Origin: a virus
Taxonomy: Duplodnaviria; Caudoviricetes
Length of the DNA: 52,414 nt
Direction: 5' to 3' (one strand)
IMG/VR virus record: IMGVR_UViG_3300044957_000556
Location: 1 to 52,414 of that record
Shown: piece by piece, positions 46,194-52,414 of the stretch
How positions within the stretch are numbered: position 1 is the first letter of the stretch
Layout of the letters: each line of letters opens with the position of its first letter
Notes under the pieces: generated by a model
The model's database searches: none
Seen by the model: the letters and a program-made list of their open reading frames with translations, nothing else
Told to the model about the DNA's origin: nothing
Translations under genes and position numbers: made by a program

Positions 46194-47090
46194 TCAAAAT
46201 TCTCGAGAATAATCAGCAGTTGAGATTTCAGCAAGATGTTGCGTTTTCCAGCGATCAATCACTGATTGTTCTATGCCATATTTTTTAAGAACTTGCTCTG
46301 TGATTTCAACTTTTTGAGGAGTCGAATCTTTTCTAGTGTGTTTCCAGATGCGCATAGAATCCCAGCAATCAAACAAACTGGCTTGTTGTTGTATCTCTTC
46401 AAGACTCAGTGTTTGCCAGATTCCGCAAAAGTTTACAAATTCGTACTCATCATCGGTCATTGGCATCACTGATTCAGCATCGCAGTAGTTGAAGATATAA
46501 AAGTTTGACCATTCTGTAGCACCCGGAAAAGTTTTCCATGTTTGATATGGGCCAAATCTTGCTTGCATATGAGTCCAAAACTTTTCAAGTTCGGCTGTGG
46601 CCCATATCCAAGGAGTGGTATTAAAAGGTGTAGGAACGCCATCTGGCACGTGGTCCAGTATGTCAAGGGCAGGCACGTATTGTTGCCGGAATGTGTTTCC
46701 ATTTTTAAAATATGCAACACGATACCTGTCACCAGGTTTGAAGAAATCAATGTCTGTTGGTTTGAGCAAAAAATCTTTACAATCAAATACTATGGTATCT
46801 TGGAATCTAGGATCTATAGAAAATCGAACTTTGTTGACTTGTTGTTCGCAGTATCCTGCCATTCCGTGCATAGCACCATCTACTACTTCTACTTGCCATG
46901 AACTATCAAAGATATCCTTTACTAGGTTTGTAAATGATCCTATGTCCGACGTCTCTGTGTGCAACGGGTTTGGTTGCCCCCAGGAAATTGTGATGGCCTG
47001 ATTTCCCAGCCAGTTCTTATTAAGACAATGGCAACACAGTTCAAACTGGGCAAGATCTCCTGAGTAAGTGGCAATAAAAAGTTTGTGCAT
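46194..47090 (-). CDS. Hypothetical protein, possible GT-A-like (DUF6492-like)
   Basis: QQVNK, VFDCKD; start ATG 47090 five nt after TAAATA. Confidence 0.6.
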   Translation of the reverse strand: MHKLFIATYSGDLAQFELCCHCLNKNWLGNQAITISWGQPNPLHTETSDIGSFTNLVKDIFDSSWQVEVVDGAMHGMAGYCEQQVNKVRFSIDPRFQDTIVFDCKDFLLKPTDIDFFKPGDRYRVAYFKNGNTFRQQYVPALDILDHVPDGVPTPFNTTPWIWATAELEKFWTHMQARFGPYQTWKTFPGATEWSNFYIFNYCDAESVMPMTDDEYEFVNFCGIWQTLSLEEIQQQASLFDCWDSMRIWKHTRKDSTPQKVEITEQVLKKYGIEQSVIDRWKTQHLAEISTADYSREF

Positions 47091-47105
47091 GGAGCTATTT
47101 ACAGG

Positions 47106-47135
47106 TTGACAACAAAGTTGTAAATATAATACAAT
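47106..47135 (+). promoter_or_regulatory. Sigma70 promoter with nested TAAATA
   Basis: TTGACA-18 nt-TACAAT upstream of tRNA-Glu. Confidence 0.55.
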
Positions 47136-47167
47136 AGCATAGTTCATTAAAAATCTATTTGGTCTGT

Positions 47168-47242
47168 GCTCGGTTTGTCTATGGGTTAGAACACACGCCT
47201 TTCACGCATGTAAGAGGGGTTCGATTCCCCTACCGAGTACCA
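47168..47242 (+). tRNA. tRNA-Glu(TTC)
   Basis: Loop CTTTCAC; GCTCGGT/ACCGAGT; CCA. Confidence 0.82.
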
Positions 47243-47399
47243 TATAAAAACATATTTTGATGCCTATTAGATTATCTAGTTGATCGCAGAAAATACGGTG
47301 CGAGATGAATATGTTTTTATATGGTAAGTAATGTGAGAGAAAGTGCCCAGTCAGCGCCCCGATTCACAGACTCCGCATAATCGTAAGCGGAACCTACAT

Positions 47400-47476
47400 G
47401 CGGGTAGATAGGACAAGGGGCGTCCAGCAGCCTTCCAAGCTGACAATGCGGAGTTCGACTCTCCCTACCCGCTCCA
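47400..47476 (+). tRNA. tRNA-Gly(TCC)
   Basis: CAGC-CTTCCAA-GCTG; U73; CCA. Confidence 0.82.
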
Positions 47477-47479
47477 GAA

Positions 47480-47715
47480 CGTTCCGGCGACGACGGATAG
47501 TGCGACCCGCACGATGAGAAGTGGTGTAACAACCACGGGTGGTCCCAGTCTTACCTAACTGGCGCTGGCAATGCGACAACGGATCCTGCGTGTAGCGGGA
47601 ACATTAACGACCTTAGATTATCCTGCTTAGGAACCGGAAGCCGATGGGTGGATGGTAGTAATAGAAACCAACCAGGATGTCGTTGTGTGGCGACCGCCGA
47701 GGGTCGCAGAGCATT
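47480..47715 (+). ncRNA. Candidate large structured ncRNA (~230 nt)
   Basis: Long-range stems TGCGACCC/GGGTCGCA and ACAACG-G-ATCCTG/CAGGAT-GT-CGTTGT plus local hairpins. Confidence 0.55.
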
Positions 47716-47736
47716 TTTTTCAACAAGGAGAATAGC

Positions 47737-47964
47737 ATGGCACAAATCACAAGTGAAAAAGCAGTAGAAGCAATAGGTAATCGTTACGATTTAGTCCTGA
47801 TCGCTAGCCGTAGAGCTCGTGAACTCACACACGGTCATGCTCCGCATATCAACACAAAAGATACTACAACGGTCAAAGCCATTCGCGAGATTGAACAAGG
47901 TCATATTGGTAGAGATTACCTTTATAAATCTCAAGACATTAACCGCAAGCGGCCAAAATCGTAG
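47737..47964 (+). CDS. rpoZ: RNA polymerase omega subunit
   Basis: IGNRYDLVLIASRRAREL, TVKAIREIEQG; SD aaggag. Confidence 0.88.
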   Translation: MAQITSEKAVEAIGNRYDLVLIASRRARELTHGHAPHINTKDTTTVKAIREIEQGHIGRDYLYKSQDINRKRPKS

Positions 47965-47995
47965 ATTTTTAACAAAAAAGATATATACACATATT

Positions 47996-48430
47996 ATGCT
48001 GTCATTCATTCGAGAACTCACCGATCCATTGCTGGAATACCTTAAAGACGATCCTGTTCGCCCAGAGATTCCTCGCGAGTTTCGTGTGAGCGGCCAGCGT
48101 TTTGTCAGCGCCTTGGTCGAAGACCAACCCAAAGCCATGGTCTGTGTGAGCTTGCATGATTTTGTTCCCGAAACTGTGGAAGATCTGGCACGTAATCCTG
48201 ACCAGCCTACCACTGCTATATTCTACACCATCTGGAGTTATGTACCTGGCGCAGCCGGTGAACTGTTGTTTGCTACAGTGAATGAAATACGCAGACAGTT
48301 TCCTACTGTCACCCGTTTTGTCACCCTGAGTCCAAAAACTGAAATGGCTCGCAAGTTCCATATCCAAAATGGTGCACAGGTATTGAGATAAAACGACAGC
48401 ACTGTGAACTACGAATATATACTTGCATGA
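47996..48430 (+). pseudogene. Conserved phage protein with premature TAA at 48389-48391
   Basis: DDPVRPEIP, FYTIWSY, VTLSPKT; frame continues *NDSTVNYEYILA to a TGA that overlaps the next ATG. Confidence 0.55.
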
Positions 48431-48594
48431 GTAAATTCACAGACACTCTAAAGGCCGCGCTAGAGAAAAAACATGCCGCGGCTCATTCTGACACCAAATG
48501 GGATGACAAAGATGAAGGTAAATCCAAATCTAAAAAACCCGTACCTGTGATCACAGGCAAACCTGTTAAAAAAGTAACAGGTCGCGGACGTTAA
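48427..48594 (+). CDS. Small basic hypothetical protein (55 aa)
   Basis: ATGA-coupled; MSKFTDTLKAALEKKH...TGRGR. Confidence 0.55.
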   Translation: MSKFTDTLKAALEKKHAAAHSDTKWDDKDEGKSKSKKPVPVITGKPVKKVTGRGR

Positions 48595-48604
48595 GGAGAA
48601 CTTT

Positions 48605-48856
48605 ATGAAACGTATGATCGAAATCCGCGCCGCAGAAGGCGGGGAAGATAGCAAACTATTTGTCAGTGACCTTGCTGACGCATATCAACGACTTGGAAAT
48701 AAACTTGGCTGAACTACCCGCCTGATAGATGTGTGTCTTGGCGAGTGTTCGATACTTGTTGAAGGCGCAGACACAGCCGAACAAGCTCGAAGGCTGCTCC
48801 AGAAACGTCATGGTCCCAGAGCAGTACCTTATATTCCACACATGATACTCAACTAG
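48605..48856 (+). pseudogene. Class I peptide-chain release factor remnant (PCRF domain start) with in-frame TGA, lacking GGQ
   Basis: SD aaggag; IEIRAAEGGEDSKLFVSDLADAY...LG*TT...ILVEG. Confidence 0.7.
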
Positions 48857-48995
48857 GTGACTGTCAGCCTTGCTCACTTGGCCAACGTCAATAAGTGCCG
48901 ATAGCAAAATGACCGGGTGACGATTATCGCGAGGTAACAAGAGCCGCAGAAACCAAATGTCTGCGCCGGACTGGGTAACCGGCATACATATTTCC

Positions 48996-50168
48996 ATGTC
49001 CAAGATTATTTCCATAGAACCTGCGATAGATCCTACAGCAAGACCAACATTTTTATTGGATTGGGAGTTAACTTTAAAATGCAATCTTGATTGTAGTTAT
49101 TGTCCTTCTGAAGGACCTTGGCGATCACACGACAACAAAAGCCCTCATCCGCCATTGGATGAATGTTTGGCTTCTATTGATTTTATGTACACATATGTTG
49201 ACTTGTACATGGCAAAGAAACCACGTTGGAGTCGTGCTGTAGTGTTAAACATCTACGGAGGCGAAAGTCTATTTCATCCTAACATAGTTGAAGTGCTGGA
49301 ACAGGTCAAAGAGCGTCACAAATCTTATCAAGATCGATGGCCTTTGACTGTAACTTGCACCACCAATGCCGTAGTGGGGCCATCATTGATGTCTCGTATA
49401 GCAGATTTCATTGATGAGTTCACAGTCAGTTATCACTGCGAAAATCTAGTAAAACAGAAACAGCAAGTTTTAAAAAATATGTTGTTGCTCAAAGAAAAAA
49501 ATCGAAGATTGAAATGCATTGTGCTCATGCACGGTAACTACGATTACTGGCCCGAGCTTGAAGAAGTAATAAGTTTTTGTCAAGCCAATGATATAAAATA
49601 TCTGCCACGGCAACTTGACGGAGATGTAAACTCAAACTATGGTCAAAAACAAATCACATGGTTTCAAAATCTCTGGCAGACTCGCAGTCCTCAAAAATCT
49701 AAACTCAGACAAACAGAACTCACAGATGGTCAAGTCACTGACAGTCAGTTAAGCCGTGTTGGTAGAGCCTGCTGTGGTGGCAGATTGATGTGTACCAACA
49801 GTGATTTTAGGCAGCCAATATTTTATGTTCCTAACAATCATTTTGAAGGATGGAGCTGTAGTGTGAACTGGTTTTTTCTAGCCATACGTCAAAGCACCGG
49901 AGAAATATTTGTAAACAAAGATTGCCGAATGAACTTTGATGGAACAATGAGTCCATTGGGGTTTCTCAAGAATTCAGCCCATTTGTTGACACAAACACAG
50001 CAACAGCTAGAACAAGGTGTTCCATTTATGATCTGTGCCAGAGAACGGTGCTATTGCGGCTTGTGCGCACCCAAGGCTCAGACCCCTGAACAACTTTTGG
50101 ATATCATGAAAAAACATGTAGCAGACGGCCATGTTGAGTCTTGTAAATCAACCAACCCTAGTGTATAA
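48996..50168 (+). CDS. Radical SAM protein
   Basis: CNLDCSYC, YGGE, TTN, SYH, C-terminal CYCGLCAPK. Confidence 0.85.
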   Translation: MSKIISIEPAIDPTARPTFLLDWELTLKCNLDCSYCPSEGPWRSHDNKSPHPPLDECLASIDFMYTYVDLYMAKKPRWSRAVVLNIYGGESLFHPNIVEVLEQVKERHKSYQDRWPLTVTCTTNAVVGPSLMSRIADFIDEFTVSYHCENLVKQKQQVLKNMLLLKEKNRRLKCIVLMHGNYDYWPELEEVISFCQANDIKYLPRQLDGDVNSNYGQKQITWFQNLWQTRSPQKSKLRQTELTDGQVTDSQLSRVGRACCGGRLMCTNSDFRQPIFYVPNNHFEGWSCSVNWFFLAIRQSTGEIFVNKDCRMNFDGTMSPLGFLKNSAHLLTQTQQQLEQGVPFMICARERCYCGLCAPKAQTPEQLLDIMKKHVADGHVESCKSTNPSV

Positions 50169-50177
50169 TCACAGTAT

Positions 50178-50252
50178 GCCGGATTAGCTCAGGGGTAGAG
50201 CAACCGCCTTGTAAGCGGTAGGTCGTCAGTTCAAATCCGACATCCGGCACCA
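50178..50252 (+). tRNA. tRNA-Thr(TGT)
   Basis: ACCGC-CTTGTAA-GCGGT; promoter TTGTAA-17-TATAAT at 50141-50169. Confidence 0.92.
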
Positions 50253-50279
50253 TCTTTTTACAACTCTACAAAGGCATCT

Positions 50280-50438
50280 ATGAAATCAGGATCCAACTAC
50301 CGAATGAGCAAGCAATCTAAACGCTATCTAGCCACTATCATTGATCCGCATCGTCGCGGCGAAATCAAACGTGGTACTGTTCAAGCCGAAATAACCAGCC
50401 AATACCAAGTTTGTCATCCTCGTGGTGATAAGAAATAA
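50280..50438 (+). CDS. Small basic hypothetical protein (52 aa)
   Basis: MKSGSNYRMSKQSKRYLATIIDPHRRGEIKR... Confidence 0.5.
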   Translation: MKSGSNYRMSKQSKRYLATIIDPHRRGEIKRGTVQAEITSQYQVCHPRGDKK

Positions 50439-50439
50439 G

Positions 50440-50982
50440 TTACTCTTGATCTAAATAAACCAACTCGCCAGATTCTGGATTATAGTAAACTGGCACAAAT
50501 CCCGGTTCAGCATGTTTGACAACCCTTAGTGGTTTGATAACTGTTGTTCCGGGATTTCTATTTTCTAGTTCTTGACCAGAAGCATTGAGAACGATAGAGT
50601 TTGGTGCTTGATTATTGCGTCCAGCTCTTCGTCCTACCGCGATAGCATGATGGCCTTGATTAAATTCTCCTGACCCTACACCAATGGCAATGGCATCTAG
50701 CTCTTGATTGTCTTGGCCCGCACGATGTCCAATAGCCACGGCATCTTTGGTCTGATTGTTCAATCCTGCATTCCACCCCATGGCCACAGCGCCCCATCCT
50801 TGTGTATTGGCTCCGGCTCCGTAGCCCACAGCCACAGCGTATTCAGATTGATTGATTATGCCCGCGGCCGGGCCTACTCGCGTGGTACCAAACGAAGGTT
50901 TGGTGTTTGATACGTCGTTGACTATGGGTATTTTTTTATATGGCGCACAGTCTCCAACCAACAGATAGAGTTTATTTTCCAT
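50440..50982 (-). CDS. Protein with YadA-head/Hep_Hag-like 16-aa repeats (adhesin or fibre-like)
   Basis: Tandem AVAVGYGAG, AVAMGWNAG, AVAIGHRAG, AIAIGVGSG, AIAVGRRAG. Confidence 0.7.
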   Translation of the reverse strand: MENKLYLLVGDCAPYKKIPIVNDVSNTKPSFGTTRVGPAAGIINQSEYAVAVGYGAGANTQGWGAVAMGWNAGLNNQTKDAVAIGHRAGQDNQELDAIAIGVGSGEFNQGHHAIAVGRRAGRNNQAPNSIVLNASGQELENRNPGTTVIKPLRVVKHAEPGFVPVYYNPESGELVYLDQE

Positions 50983-51011
50983 ACTGTTACTTAACTGATC
51001 TTAAATACTGA

Positions 51012-51584
51012 ATGTTAATTTTAGATCATGTTCAAAATCTTGGGCCGGGGCTTTGGTATCTGTCACAGGTTTTTGATGATTGTACCTATCGTGAACTGCG
51101 TCGTTGTTACAGAGAGACAGCGACTGAGTGGCAATGTCTTGTGCCCAATAGACTGATGAGCTTGCCAAATAATCCAGACTACAGCTATCTTGCTGAAGTG
51201 GCCCTGGATATCAATCTCGCTGTGAGTGAACTTACCGGACACACGTTACGTCCACTCAATCAAGAAATATTCATTGATCTGCCCGGGCATCAACTAACCT
51301 GGCATTTTGACAACAATAACTACAAAGTTCTTTTGCAAGTGTACTGTGGTGATATTGCTCAACCTAACATGGGAACAAAATGGTATGTAGGTGATAAAAA
51401 TCCTGATTTGTTCTCTCAGTATGGATCCAATGCTATTGTAGATGTCGGCGGACTAGACATCATAGAAACTGCTTATGCCCCCAACGCAGGTTATATTAAC
51501 AATAATGCTATTAAAAAAGCGCATGGTACATACCGCGTAATGGCTGGACTCAGCAGGGAGAGTGTATTGTTTACTTTTGGATAA
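51012..51584 (+). CDS. 2OG-Fe(II) oxygenase-like protein
   Basis: HFD ... HG ... R.S; TAAATA 4 nt upstream. Confidence 0.65.
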   Translation: MLILDHVQNLGPGLWYLSQVFDDCTYRELRRCYRETATEWQCLVPNRLMSLPNNPDYSYLAEVALDINLAVSELTGHTLRPLNQEIFIDLPGHQLTWHFDNNNYKVLLQVYCGDIAQPNMGTKWYVGDKNPDLFSQYGSNAIVDVGGLDIIETAYAPNAGYINNNAIKKAHGTYRVMAGLSRESVLFTFG

Positions 51585-51665
51585 ATTTTTGCAGTACCGC
51601 TTAAGTTATTTAATATCTTGCGGTTGGCAAACTCAGACAACTTTCAAAATAAAAATAAAATACGC

Positions 51666-52253
51666 ATGAATCTGTTACAAGACAAGAATCCTTATTGGGG
51701 CTACCCCCCAGACAAGAATCAAAGTTATTATGGTCTTTGGTGTCCAGTCTTCAACTGCTTTGTTTTTACACATTATAATGCCAATTTACTACAGAGAATT
51801 AGATGGATATTGACTTCAAAAATATTAACGGTGATCATTAAATTTGAAGATCATGTAGCAGAACAGAATTTAATAGATAACACATGTTGTCAAAATTGGA
51901 CTTTGGAAACTATACACAAACAACTTTTTGCTACGGCTTTCAAGACCAGTGATATAAACATTTATGCCATAAAGGCAGCGGCACCAATCTCAAACCTGGA
52001 TGATATAATCTATGTCACAAAATACTGTGATTTATGTACTGATTGGTATCAAATATTAGAAGAGGGCCCGAAACCCGACCCTATGAAAGATATGACTGAG
52101 ACTATGCTTGGCACCAATAAATTGGCACAAAAGCAATGGATTTATAAAACTCTTTGGTTGGCTAATTTTGGCACGGCCAATGACCTGGAAGCATTAAATC
52201 AAACACTATATGACTACTATACTCTTATTAAATCAAGCACTGCTCAACAATGA
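51666..52253 (+). CDS. Hypothetical protein
   Basis: Long AT-rich ORF; likely ATG 51666. Confidence 0.55.
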   Translation: MNLLQDKNPYWGYPPDKNQSYYGLWCPVFNCFVFTHYNANLLQRIRWILTSKILTVIIKFEDHVAEQNLIDNTCCQNWTLETIHKQLFATAFKTSDINIYAIKAAAPISNLDDIIYVTKYCDLCTDWYQILEEGPKPDPMKDMTETMLGTNKLAQKQWIYKTLWLANFGTANDLEALNQTLYDYYTLIKSSTAQQ

Positions 52254-52414
52254 CAAAATCAAAGATGTAGTGGGTTGTGGCCAAGATATTGATATGTTGG
52301 CTAAGTTTTCTACCACAGGTTATTTTTCTTCAAGCGCCCAGTTAGGACTCATGCCCAGACACGGAGTCAATAACTTACCATTCAGCAATCATGCTGTAGA
52401 GTCATTAAAGATAC

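Noticed and set aside
13235-48712. Genome-wide stop-codon reassignment suggested by in-frame TAG, TGA and TAA
   Set aside because: All three stops terminate many intact genes, long genes such as the polymerase have none internally, and no intact suppressor tRNA is present.
1-52414. CRISPR array, integrase or transposase
   Set aside because: No regularly spaced repeats or recognisable recombinase motifs seen by eye.
52250-52414. CDS starting at the ATGA overlap at 52250
   Set aside because: TAG after six codons and truncation by the window edge; cannot be supported.

Overview
Segment of a large T4-like/jumbo tailed dsDNA phage genome. The host is probably a freshwater betaproteobacterium, judged from a Bug/TctC binding protein, the tmRNA tag ANDEQFVLAA and the omega and AhpC homologues. 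Layout: (1) 1-2.4 kb, small modular putative head-internal proteins. (2) 4.6-9.3 kb, replication core (dsbA-like, family B DNA polymerase, sliding clamp). (3) 9.3-29 kb, a 7-deazaguanine DNA-modification set (TGT/DpdA-like, DpdL-like, FolE, QueD, QueE; no canonical QueC in the window) interleaved with sugar-nucleotide, glycosyl-, methyltransferase and radical SAM genes. (4) 30-40.7 kb, RNase H, GIY-YIG protein, hypotheticals, AhpC, and a PP-loop ATPase followed by two orphan solute-binding proteins. (5) 40.9-50.3 kb, a translation island with about 21 tRNA or tRNA-like genes, a circularly permuted two-piece tmRNA, RNAP omega, a release-factor remnant with an in-frame UGA, and several unexplained structured RNAs. 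The most striking observation is a complete ribosome-mediated attenuator architecture in front of the tRNA array: promoter, 45-aa leader peptide using 19 of 20 amino acids, and mutually exclusive antiterminator/terminator stems. It suggests the phage tRNAs are switched on when translation stalls. Several genes carry nonsense mutations, frameshifts or internal deletions. All calls come from reading motifs by eye; no searches or folding programs were run.
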